A DNA stretch of 64,000 nt from Candidatus Babeliales bacterium (GTDB taxonomy: Bacteria; Babelota; Babeliae; Babelales; JANWKD01), in the NCBI GenBank assembly GCA_963722075.1, contig CAVRJM010000001.1, positions 256,001 to 320,000 of the forward strand, given 5' to 3'. The translations under genes and the position numbers were made by a program. Below, piece after piece: positions 1-9,016 of the stretch (positions are counted from its first letter, which is position 1; each line of letters begins with the position of its first letter). The notes under the pieces are model-generated. The model was not told the DNA's origin, did no database searches, and saw only the letters and a program-made list of their open reading frames with translations.

Positions 1-1048
1 TTCAAAAAAAGTATGTAAGCAATTATCAAGCCAAGGATTTTTGATGGCGGTCTTCTTTCAAGCAGCAGGAGAGCATGCAGTTGAGTGGCGCTTATATGAT
101 ATGGGAACACTTACTATGCAAAGAGGAAAAAAAATAACCGTACAAAATCAACCGGAAATACAAAAGAAAGCACATCACGTCGCCGATACGATATGGGCAT
201 TATTAACAGGACAGCCAGGAATTTTTTCAACCAATATTAGTTACTGCATGGAGCGTAAAGTGAATGGGCATGTACTGAGTGATATTTATTATAAAACGCC
301 CACCAGTATAGAACCGCATTGCTTAGTGAGAGGCGGTAAATTACTTGCTCCTCGCTGGAATAATAATAATCAAAATCCATTATTATTATATTCGGAAGTA
401 ACGCCAACCAATATTCGCTTGATGGCAACCAATTTGGATGGAAAGCGGTATATGGTTTCTAATTTTGATGGGCTTACTATGCTGCCATCAGTATCGAATA
501 ATGGGGAATATATTGCATATTGTGCCACCTATAAAGGAACGAGCCAAATATATTGCAGTATGCGTGATCCTAAAACCAATAGAAAAATCTCATATCGTAA
601 AACGCATAATGCTGGTAATAACACATCACCGACGGTATGTAATAATGGCGATATTATTTTTTGTTCTGATTTTGAGATGAAAACGCCACAAATATATTAT
701 TTGCATGGAGATACCGATGTTCTTGATCGTATTACTAACGGTGGTTATTGTGCATGCCCTCATTTTTGTCAAAAAAATAATAAAATAGTGTATTGCAAAT
801 TAGTAGAAGGGTATATGCAGCTTTTTACTTATGACATGCATAATAAGCACCATACACAGATTACGTTTAGTAAAGAAAATAAAGATGAATGCTGCTGGTC
901 GCCGTGTGGTAATTATGTTATTTGTTCAGTTGATAAACCAAAAGGAAGCCGCATTGCATTACTCAATATGACTACCCAAGAACAGCTTTTAATTACTCCT
1001 GAAGGAAGTTCTTGCTTGTATCCTTCTTGGTCAGGTGTAATAATATAA
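1..1048 (+). CDS. tolB: TolB-like periplasmic beta-propeller protein (5'-truncated by window edge)
   Basis: Reading frame is open from base 2. AHHVADTIW..LTGQPGIFST linker and PD40-type repeats (LAPRW, NTSPT, IIFCSD..TPQIY, WSPCG, PSWS). Confidence 0.85.
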   Translation, partial: SKKVCKQLSSQGFLMAVFFQAAGEHAVEWRLYDMGTLTMQRGKKITVQNQPEIQKKAHHVADTIWALLTGQPGIFSTNISYCMERKVNGHVLSDIYYKTPTSIEPHCLVRGGKLLAPRWNNNNQNPLLLYSEVTPTNIRLMATNLDGKRYMVSNFDGLTMLPSVSNNGEYIAYCATYKGTSQIYCSMRDPKTNRKISYRKTHNAGNNTSPTVCNNGDIIFCSDFEMKTPQIYYLHGDTDVLDRITNGGYCACPHFCQKNNKIVYCKLVEGYMQLFTYDMHNKHHTQITFSKENKDECCWSPCGNYVICSVDKPKGSRIALLNMTTQEQLLITPEGSSCLYPSWSGVII

Positions 1049-1077
1049 ATAATGTTAATAACAATAAGGAGAAGACA

Positions 1078-1743
1078 GTGAAGTTATTATATATATTGAT
1101 AACAAATCTTTTTTTATGTTCTGTTCTAAATGCGAATAATCAAAATGAACTTTTTGACGCCTTATCTACTTTACAACAAAAAATGAGTGCTTTAGGTAAC
1201 ACCTTAATGAAAAAACCGGTTCAGCCTCAAAAAAAATTACCAAAAAAAACAAAAGGATCGCCAGAGCCTACTCAATATCAAAAAGAAATGTCTGAGTGGA
1301 CGAAACAAAGCAAAATAATAAATGATATCGCAGAAGAATTTAATAAAAAGCCGGATGAACTGGGCGCTATCTTAGTAAAAAATATAACCGAAGGTAAAGA
1401 AATTATGGTGGGTAATAAAGTAGTTGATTTAGATGAGTATTTAAGCTATCAAAAGAAATATTTTCAAAATATATTTCCAACGTTAGAAGAAGCATTAAAA
1501 GAATTAAATGCTATAACAATAAAGCCACCTAATTTATCGGTTTTTCCAAATATTGTAGCAATTACCGGTAATTCATCTTATTTGAAGTTATTATTTTCAC
1601 AATTGGGAAGTGCTTATAAAGATGTGCTCGATGAAGAAACACTTAATCTATTACACTCATTAGAGAAATTAGTTGGTGGTTTTAGTGAAAAATGGGAAAA
1701 AATGAAGGTGAAATTCGGTAACAAATTTGCCGCGAAAGTTTAA
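1078..1743 (+). CDS. Secreted hypothetical protein with N-terminal amphipathic helix
   Basis: AAGGAG RBS before GTG at 1078; signal peptide ending VLNA; Lys/Pro-rich linker. Confidence 0.7.
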   Translation: MKLLYILITNLFLCSVLNANNQNELFDALSTLQQKMSALGNTLMKKPVQPQKKLPKKTKGSPEPTQYQKEMSEWTKQSKIINDIAEEFNKKPDELGAILVKNITEGKEIMVGNKVVDLDEYLSYQKKYFQNIFPTLEEALKELNAITIKPPNLSVFPNIVAITGNSSYLKLLFSQLGSAYKDVLDEETLNLLHSLEKLVGGFSEKWEKMKVKFGNKFAAKV

Positions 1744-1827
1744 TACTGATTTTACTGCAAACTACAAAAATATTCTTGCTTGCTATAGGGGGTTTTATTG
1801 TATAATAGTAATAAATTGGAGGTTCTC

Positions 1828-2331
1828 ATGAATAAACTATATATTTTAATAAGTTTATTATTACCCATTTCCGTGGCGAGCTTAGCAATGGAGGCTCCAG
1901 AAAAAGAAAAAGAAACAGAAAAAATAAGAACTAGTCGAACAGTAAGGCTTTCGGCAGAAGAAGCACAAAAATTATATTGGGATACCATTGCTGTCGGTGG
2001 AGTGACCGGAAAGCAATTGCCTTATGAAGAATATCGGGCAAATTTAATGGCAGTGATTCCATTAATGGGCTTTACGCAGAGTCGATTCAGTGATCCATTA
2101 GCAGATGCGGTTCATATGAGAGATACTGAATTTGTAAAATTTTTATTAGAGCATGGTGCTGACCCCGATTTTAGGGGAATGAACAGTTTAAGCGCTCATG
2201 ATTATTTAGATCCTGGTTGTGCAGGTAAAATCCGTCGTGCCAAAAATCCGTATCCAGGTTCAGTTGAAGAAATACAAGCATTGCTTAATAAATATTCGGC
2301 ACAAATAAAATGTACTAAATATCGTCAGTAG
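1828..2331 (+). CDS. Secreted single-ankyrin-repeat protein (paralogue 1 of 3)
   Basis: GGAGG RBS; signal peptide SLA|MEAP; ankyrin motif PLADAV..RDTEFVKFLLEHGADP. Confidence 0.85.
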   Translation: MNKLYILISLLLPISVASLAMEAPEKEKETEKIRTSRTVRLSAEEAQKLYWDTIAVGGVTGKQLPYEEYRANLMAVIPLMGFTQSRFSDPLADAVHMRDTEFVKFLLEHGADPDFRGMNSLSAHDYLDPGCAGKIRRAKNPYPGSVEEIQALLNKYSAQIKCTKYRQ

Positions 2332-2520
2332 AATAATATTCATTAATAGTTATTTAAAGCACTGCATTCTTACTTAAACTGAATTGCTTTTTTTTATTTT
2401 TCTTCTCTTGGTCAGTGGCGTTATCATAGAAAATAATTGAAAAACAGCTACTATTGATAAATACGAAGCTGTTATTGTATACTTATTAACAAATGGGTCT
2501 AATTAGAAAAGGGAGGTTCT

Positions 2521-2994
2521 ATGAAAAAATTACTAATTATCTTATGTTCGTTATTTTTTATTTCTCTTAGTTTGGCAATGAAATGTCCGGTAGGGGAAGG
2601 AATTAGAGAGCTATTAGAACTCTCAAAACAAGAAGCCGAAACTATTTATTGGGATACGGTATTTACTCATTTACCGTATGAAGAATATCGTGCAAATTTA
2701 ATGAAAACTATCCCACTAATTGATTTTATTCGCCCACATTATAAAAGACGTGTATTAGGTTATGGCTATCCTTTATTAATAGCAGTATGGATGAGAGATA
2801 CTGAATTAGTAAGACTTTTATTAGAACATGGCGCAGATCCTCTTTTTAGAGATTTTAGCGACTTGAATGCATATGATCTTCTTGATTATAAAAGCGCTGG
2901 TGTTGATGCACCAGAAAATCCGTACCCAGGGACGTCTGAAGAAATAATAGCATTACTTGATTCTTATTCAAAAAGAAAAAAGAGCTCAATTTAA
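2521..2994 (+). CDS. Secreted single-ankyrin-repeat protein (paralogue 2 of 3)
   Basis: GGAGG RBS; SLA|MKCP; PLLIAVWMRDTELVRLLLEHGADP; shares LPYEEYRANLM and NPYPG motifs. Confidence 0.85.
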   Translation: MKKLLIILCSLFFISLSLAMKCPVGEGIRELLELSKQEAETIYWDTVFTHLPYEEYRANLMKTIPLIDFIRPHYKRRVLGYGYPLLIAVWMRDTELVRLLLEHGADPLFRDFSDLNAYDLLDYKSAGVDAPENPYPGTSEEIIALLDSYSKRKKSSI

Positions 2995-3031
2995 AATTTT
3001 ACAATTTAACGGATTATTCTGAAATGATTTT

Positions 3032-3228
3032 ATTAATGGATCCAGCCTTCGTCCTTCAGACTACGGCGGACACCGTGCCCATGCCTTGTCCGGCATAGCT
3101 TTAGCGACGACGGAGAGCTCGCCGTGACATCATGGCTCCGATTGTCATCCCGAGTTTACGTGGGGACTGCGTCCGCCGTAGCTTGCCAAGCCGGTAGGCG
3201 TGGACAAGCGTAGGCAGGATCCATTAAT
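3032..3228. repeat. Composite palindromic element (REP/RPE/MITE-like) with 12-bp terminal inverted repeats
   Basis: ATTAATGGATCC (3032-3043) and GGATCCATTAAT (3217-3228); GC-rich; contains a GTCATCCCGAG..GGGGA unit and three TCCGCC-GTA-GC..GC-GAA-GGCGGA-type hairpins. Confidence 0.8.
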
Positions 3229-3385
3229 TAATAACTTCTTTATTAGTTCAATGTAATAGATAAGTCTTAGCTAAAATCGCGCTTTTATTTACAGGCTTTT
3301 TGGTGTGTTTGCCCTGTTGAAAAAAGGCGAACTTTTTGAAGGATAGGAATATATTTTTGTATACTAGAAGATAAAGGGGGATCAC

Positions 3386-3892
3386 ATGAAAAAATCATTT
3401 ATTTTAATTTGTTTATTATCTATTGCTTCTGTTTGTTTTGCAATGGAAGCTCCAGAAAAGGAAAAAGAAACAGAAAAAATAAGAACTAAGCCAACAGTAA
3501 GGCTTTCCAGTAAAGAGGCAGAAAGATTATATTGGGCTACTGTAGCTCCTAGTGGAAGGCCCGGACAATCATTGCCTTATGAAAAATATAGAGCAAATTT
3601 AATGGCTGCGATTCCATTTATAGAATATACGCAGAGTTCATTGAGGGATCCATTAGCAGAAGCGGTATGGATGCGAGATACCGAATTTGTGAAGTTTTTA
3701 TTAGAGCATGGTGCAGATCCTAATTTTAGGACAATGACTACTTTAAGCGCGTATGATTATTTAAATTATGGAAACGCGTGTGGGGCTGCTATTCCCGCTC
3801 CTCAAAATCCGTATCCAGGTTCGGTTGAAGAGATACAATCATTGCTTAATAAATATTCAGCACAAATAGAACGTACTAAATTTTCTCAATAG
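3386..3892 (+). CDS. Secreted single-ankyrin-repeat protein (paralogue 3 of 3)
   Basis: CFA|MEAPEKEKETEKIRT has the same mature start as paralogue 1; ankyrin motif present. Confidence 0.85.
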   Translation: MKKSFILICLLSIASVCFAMEAPEKEKETEKIRTKPTVRLSSKEAERLYWATVAPSGRPGQSLPYEKYRANLMAAIPFIEYTQSSLRDPLAEAVWMRDTEFVKFLLEHGADPNFRTMTTLSAYDYLNYGNACGAAIPAPQNPYPGSVEEIQSLLNKYSAQIERTKFSQ

Positions 3893-4098
3893 ATAATACA
3901 TTCATTCGCTATCCAAAAAAGAATAAAGAAAATAGCTGATTTTTCCCATAATCCCCCAGTATAACCCAGGGTATTATTAACAACTTGAAATTAATTTATT
4001 TTCTGATATCCTATAGATATAGGTTTAAACCTATTTATCCAATAATTTAAAGGTAAAAAGCCTTAAAAGAAGAATTTAAGGAATCTATGGAGGTATCA

Positions 4099-5454
4099 GT
4101 GAAACTGTTATATATAAGTTTATTATCATTAGCATTCTTACCATGTGCTGCAATGAACCAATCTTCTTCTCATGATGGTATTTTCTATTTAGTTGAAGCA
4201 TCGGATGGCCAATTGGTAGAACTACCTGAATCAGTAATAAGAAGATTAAAAGTACTCAATGATTGTTTTAAAGATACTGCCGAAGATTATCTACACAATG
4301 CGTATGCTGGTATTAAAGAAAAAGTTACGGGTAAAGCTGATAAAAATATTTTGTTTTTTAGTTTAAAAGATCGAAGCATTCCCCAAGATATTCCCTTAGA
4401 TAAAGATTGGGACATACCCGTAGATAGCACATTATTGCAAGATTTGAGCGATTGTTTAAGAGGCGTTAAAAAGGTTAAACAATTGGATCCAAAAAAACTT
4501 AATGAGCTTTTTGAAGCAGCTGATTGTTTGGGAGCGCCACGAGCATTCTTAAGAAAATTAACCTTATATGCGCGTAAGTGCTTACCAAAAGATGAGCAGC
4601 ATCGATTAATTTGCTGTGGCCATTATTTAAATTCGCTTAATACCTTTATTGATAATGGGTATTTTACCAAAGACAATGAACAAAATTACCTATCAATACA
4701 AAAAGATCAGAATAATAATGATATTATTACATTACAATTATCGGGTTTAGAGCTTGATAATTTACAGGGTATTGATAAAGTTGCCCGCATTGTTGGCACT
4801 GGAGTTCATAAAATTTGTTTAGAAACAAATAAATTAGTAAAAATTAATTTAAGCAAATTTTGGGAATTATTTCCTCATTTGAATGAAATTAGTTTGGCGC
4901 ATAATAAAATTACAAAAGCCTGTTTATCCATTCCCAATCAATCTTATTCAATGCCAGTTGGTGCGATAATAAATTTATCCGATAATCGACTAAAAAAAAT
5001 TAAGGGAAAATTATCTGAAGCAGCAATTTTAGATATTCAAAAGAATACGATAAGTCCCGAGCTTAAAAATTGTTTAGAATTAATTCAAGAGCCCACATTT
5101 TATCAAAATAATCATTATTTTATTAAAGCATTAAAGAGTAATTATTTTTTAAGTAATATGAAAAAAGGTACAGAAATAGGCCTGATGGGCGTAGGTATGC
5201 TTCCGCTGAGTGTTTCTTTGATCTTATATTATAAAAAAGTTCAAAAATTACCGTCAGAAACTATGAATTTAGAATATGCACAAATTTTTTTGAAACAATT
5301 AAAAGATGTCGTTACAGACCCATTGACATATAAAACAGCTCTTAATTATTTTAGTGGGATGTGTTTATGGAATGTAAGTGTTAATCTTATTTGTGATAGG
5401 GACTTTTATAAGCAGCATTATGGTTTTATTTTACCACAAATCATTACTGATTAA
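4099..5454 (+). CDS. Secreted Skp1/BTB-like plus leucine-rich-repeat protein with hydrophobic C-terminal segment
   Basis: GGAGG then GTG at 4099; CAA|MNQ; LVEASDGQLVELP and LNELFEAADCLG resemble Skp1/POZ; LRRs ICLETNKL, ISLAHNKI, INLSDNRL. Confidence 0.7.
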   Translation: MKLLYISLLSLAFLPCAAMNQSSSHDGIFYLVEASDGQLVELPESVIRRLKVLNDCFKDTAEDYLHNAYAGIKEKVTGKADKNILFFSLKDRSIPQDIPLDKDWDIPVDSTLLQDLSDCLRGVKKVKQLDPKKLNELFEAADCLGAPRAFLRKLTLYARKCLPKDEQHRLICCGHYLNSLNTFIDNGYFTKDNEQNYLSIQKDQNNNDIITLQLSGLELDNLQGIDKVARIVGTGVHKICLETNKLVKINLSKFWELFPHLNEISLAHNKITKACLSIPNQSYSMPVGAIINLSDNRLKKIKGKLSEAAILDIQKNTISPELKNCLELIQEPTFYQNNHYFIKALKSNYFLSNMKKGTEIGLMGVGMLPLSVSLILYYKKVQKLPSETMNLEYAQIFLKQLKDVVTDPLTYKTALNYFSGMCLWNVSVNLICDRDFYKQHYGFILPQIITD

Positions 5455-5757
5455 TTAAAGAGCTACAACATCACTGTATGTTAATTTGCTGCATATAAAT
5501 TCAATTTATATTTAAAATATTATAAATAAATTCCATAACCCAATCAAACGCCACGCGTTTTTTTGAACTTTTATACTTCATAAAACATCGACAGTACGCA
5601 CTTCTTTGAGTATAATTATGAATAACTTCTCATTTTTATTATTTTATAGTACAATTAGAATATATACTGCTGGTGAACTCTTTAAATTTTTAAATTGTTA
5701 AATACTGCTTGCAATTATTTAGAAAATAGATCTGTTGAAACTAAATAGGTATCAATT

Positions 5758-8406
5758 ATGAAACACAAATTAAAAAATAACCCCTTTGTACGCGGCCCTA
5801 AGAATCTTATTTTTGCGCTTATTTTTTTTGTAATTTCATTAGCATTGCTAACGAAATTAACCGATTATACCCGCCATGTTAAAAGTATTGCGTATTCTAC
5901 CTTCTTAAAGAATGTGGAACAGGGAACGGTAAAATCAGTCCATATTAGTGGGCAAGATGTGTATGGTATTTTACAAGACGGTACGCGCTTTGAAACGGTA
6001 GTTGCTGAAAGCCCAAGCAATTTAGAACTATTGCGCCAACATAATGTAGAATTTTCAGTAGCACCAACCACTGGCCAATTTAATATATGGCATCTGCTGT
6101 TGTTATTCTCTTTCTTGCTTGTACCCTTAATAGTTTGGTACTTTTTCAAACAATCACGCGGTGGTTCTGGCGGAGGAACTACGCTGTTTAGTATGGGTAA
6201 AAGTAAAGCGAAGATGTTTATGCCATCTACTATTAAAATAAATTTTAAGGCAGTTGCTGGTGCTAAAGATGCCAAAGAAGAGCTTAAAGACGTTGTTGAT
6301 TTTTTGAAAAATCCTGAAAAATACCGTCGATTAGGTGCAAAGATACCGCGCGGTGTTTTACTGGTGGGTGAACCGGGTAATGGTAAAACGCTCCTTGCTA
6401 AAGCGGTAGCAGGGGAAGCAAATTGCCCATTCTTTAGTATTACGGGTTCAGATTTTATTGAAGTTTTTGTTGGTGTGGGCGCAGCGCGTGTTCGCGATCT
6501 GTTTGCGCAAGCGCGTAAAAATGCACCGAGTATTATTTTTATTGATGAAATTGATGCCATTGGCCGTCAACGTGGCAGTGGTTTTGGCGGCGGCCATGAT
6601 GAGCGTGAGCAGACCCTTAATCAACTTCTGACTGAAATGGACGGCTTTGATACGGCAGGTTCTTCGGTGGTGGTGTTAGCTGCTACCAATATGCCAGACG
6701 TGCTTGATAAAGCATTATTGCGTCCAGGGCGTTTTGATCGCCGTGTGGATGTACCGTTTCCTGATGCTGAAAGCCGTGAACAAATTTTACGCATACATGC
6801 GCAACAAATTAAGCTTGATCCTGAAGCTGATCTTAAAAAGATTGCTGAAGTTACTGCCGGGTATAGTGGCGCTGATTTAGCAAATCTTATCAATAAAGCG
6901 GCTATTAATGCCTCTAAAAAGAACCAAGATAAGGTCATGATGGAAGATATCGAAGATGCGCATAAAACAATGCTGCAATCATATAATGGACCAGCATCAA
7001 GTGCTACACAAATGACTAAAGGCAATAGTAGTGCTAAAATGTTTATGCCATCGCAAGTTAAATGTAACTTTGAACACGTAGCGGGCATGCAAGAAGCAAA
7101 AGAAGAGTTGCGGGATGTTGTTGATTTCTTAAAAAATCCTGAAAAATTCAGACGCTTAGGGGCAAAAATTACTAAAGGGGTGCTGTTAATTGGTGAACCA
7201 GGTAATGGTAAAACCTTACTTGCTAAAGCCGTTGCTGGCGAGGCAAATTGCCCATTTTTTAACGTAAGTGCTTCTGAATTTGTAGAAATGTATGTTGGGG
7301 TGGGTGCTTCGCGGGTGCGTGATCTATTTAATCAGGCGCGTAAGCATAATCCAAGCATTATTTTTATTGATGAAATTGATGCGGTTGGCAGACATCGTGG
7401 ATCTGGCATTAATGGCGGCAATGATGAACGTAATCAGACGCTCAATCAATTGCTAACTGAAATGGATGGTTTTGATACATCGTTAAGTTCGGTGATTGTA
7501 ATAGCGGCAACAAACCGACCTGATTCCCTTGATCCAGCATTAATGCGGGCAGGGCGCTTTGATAGAAAGGTAGAAGTTCCGTACCCAGATCTTGCGAGCC
7601 GTGAAAAAATTCTTAATTTACATGCTCAAAAAATTATTATGGATCCAGTAATTGATTTACATAAGGTTGCCCGTGGCACGCCCGGGTTTTCTGGTGCAGA
7701 TTTGGCTCATTTAGTAAATGAATCGGCATTACTAGCTTCGCGAAATGGTGAAAAAACCATGGTTTCAATTCAAGATTTTGAAGAAGCGCGTGATAAAATT
7801 ATGATTGGAAAAGAGTTAAAAACAATCGTGTTATCTGAACAAGAGCGTAAAATAACGGCATTCCATGAATCAGGACATGCGTTAGTGCGCTTATTATTAC
7901 CAGAATATAGCGATCCATTACATAAGGTAACTATCGTACCGCGAGGACGTGCGTTAGGCGTTACCCATTCATTACCAGAACGAGAAAAATATACCCAAAC
8001 CAAGGAAGAGATGCTTACGGTGATTATGGTTTGCTTAGGTGGCCGTGTTGCTGAAGAAATGGTCTTTAATGTACTGGGGACCGGTGCGTATAATGATTTT
8101 GAAAAAGCTACTGAAGTTGCACGCCGCATGGTATGTTCTTATGGTATGTCTTCAGAATTAGGCCCGGTGGTTTATAAGCAACAAGAGGGCGAATATACCT
8201 ACTCTCAAAAAACAGCAGAACGCATTGATGCAGAGGTGCAAAAGCTGTTAGAGCAATCATATCAAAAGGTTAAAGAACTCTTGGGCCAACACAGGGATAA
8301 GCTTGAAAAGCTGGCCAATCATCTCTTTAATAAAGAGACGCTCTTTGCTCATGAAATCTATGAGTTGCTAGGAATTGAAGCGCGCCAAGACTTTAAACTT
8401 TCATAA
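5758..8406 (+). CDS. ftsH: ATP-dependent zinc metalloprotease FtsH with duplicated AAA+ module
   Basis: Two TM helices, two GEPGNGKT/IIFIDEID/SRH modules, HESGH zinc motif and M41 protease domain. Confidence 0.95.
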   Translation: MKHKLKNNPFVRGPKNLIFALIFFVISLALLTKLTDYTRHVKSIAYSTFLKNVEQGTVKSVHISGQDVYGILQDGTRFETVVAESPSNLELLRQHNVEFSVAPTTGQFNIWHLLLLFSFLLVPLIVWYFFKQSRGGSGGGTTLFSMGKSKAKMFMPSTIKINFKAVAGAKDAKEELKDVVDFLKNPEKYRRLGAKIPRGVLLVGEPGNGKTLLAKAVAGEANCPFFSITGSDFIEVFVGVGAARVRDLFAQARKNAPSIIFIDEIDAIGRQRGSGFGGGHDEREQTLNQLLTEMDGFDTAGSSVVVLAATNMPDVLDKALLRPGRFDRRVDVPFPDAESREQILRIHAQQIKLDPEADLKKIAEVTAGYSGADLANLINKAAINASKKNQDKVMMEDIEDAHKTMLQSYNGPASSATQMTKGNSSAKMFMPSQVKCNFEHVAGMQEAKEELRDVVDFLKNPEKFRRLGAKITKGVLLIGEPGNGKTLLAKAVAGEANCPFFNVSASEFVEMYVGVGASRVRDLFNQARKHNPSIIFIDEIDAVGRHRGSGINGGNDERNQTLNQLLTEMDGFDTSLSSVIVIAATNRPDSLDPALMRAGRFDRKVEVPYPDLASREKILNLHAQKIIMDPVIDLHKVARGTPGFSGADLAHLVNESALLASRNGEKTMVSIQDFEEARDKIMIGKELKTIVLSEQERKITAFHESGHALVRLLLPEYSDPLHKVTIVPRGRALGVTHSLPEREKYTQTKEEMLTVIMVCLGGRVAEEMVFNVLGTGAYNDFEKATEVARRMVCSYGMSSELGPVVYKQQEGEYTYSQKTAERIDAEVQKLLEQSYQKVKELLGQHRDKLEKLANHLFNKETLFAHEIYELLGIEARQDFKLS

Positions 8407-8487
8407 TGTTTCATTTTGAAAAAAGAGTTTTTTTAAGATATACTACTAGATTATTATGGTATTAGAGAAAGGATTCTAAGGATACTC

Positions 8488-8691
8488 ATGTCAAGAATTT
8501 GTTATGTTTGTAACAAGCGGCCACAAGTAGGTAACCTGGTAAGCCATGCACGAAACAGGGTTAAACGTTGGATTTACCCAAATGTTCATAAAATGTGCTT
8601 TATTTTGGCTAGCTCAGGTAATCGTAATGTTATACGTGGAGCTGTATGTGCAAAATGTGTTAAATCAGGTAAAGTTGAAAAAGTCGTTTAA
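8488..8691 (+). CDS. rpmB: 50S ribosomal protein L28 (four-cysteine form)
   Basis: MSRICYVC..GNLVSHA..KRW.YPN..VCAKC. Confidence 0.93.
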   Translation: MSRICYVCNKRPQVGNLVSHARNRVKRWIYPNVHKMCFILASSGNRNVIRGAVCAKCVKSGKVEKVV

Positions 8692-8709
8692 AAATAAGGT
8701 TATTATATA

Positions 8710-8988
8710 ATGGCAAATACTAAATCAGCCAAAAGACAAGCAAAAAAGAATATCGTTAAAGCTAAAAAAAATCTTGCTCGCCGTACTGCTATTAAAACGG
8801 CTATGAAAAAAGTATTAGCAGCAGTTGAAGAAGGTCTTGATGCAGCACAGGTAAAAGAGTTATTACGATCAGCTGAATCAAAACTTGCACGTGCTAAAAG
8901 CAAAAACACGTTGCATCCTAAAACAGCATCACGTAAAGTAAGTCGTCTTGCTAAGCGTGTATCATCTGCACAAAGAGCTCAACAATAA
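8710..8988 (+). CDS. rpsT: 30S ribosomal protein S20
   Basis: MANTKSAKR...LHPKTASRKVSRL. Confidence 0.95.
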   Translation: MANTKSAKRQAKKNIVKAKKNLARRTAIKTAMKKVLAAVEEGLDAAQVKELLRSAESKLARAKSKNTLHPKTASRKVSRLAKRVSSAQRAQQ

Positions 8989-9016
8989 AAAAAGGCATTT
9001 TCATAATGCCTTTTTT
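8987..9016. terminator. Bidirectional intrinsic terminator
   Basis: AAAAAAAGGCATT-ttcat-AATGCCTTTTTT between convergent genes. Confidence 0.8.

Noticed and set aside
5865..8129. Long antisense ORFs inside ftsH (also inside lepA, ltaE, topA, dnaJ and others)
   Set aside because: They shadow conserved genes on the opposite strand, have no motifs or RBS, and are expected from codon bias.
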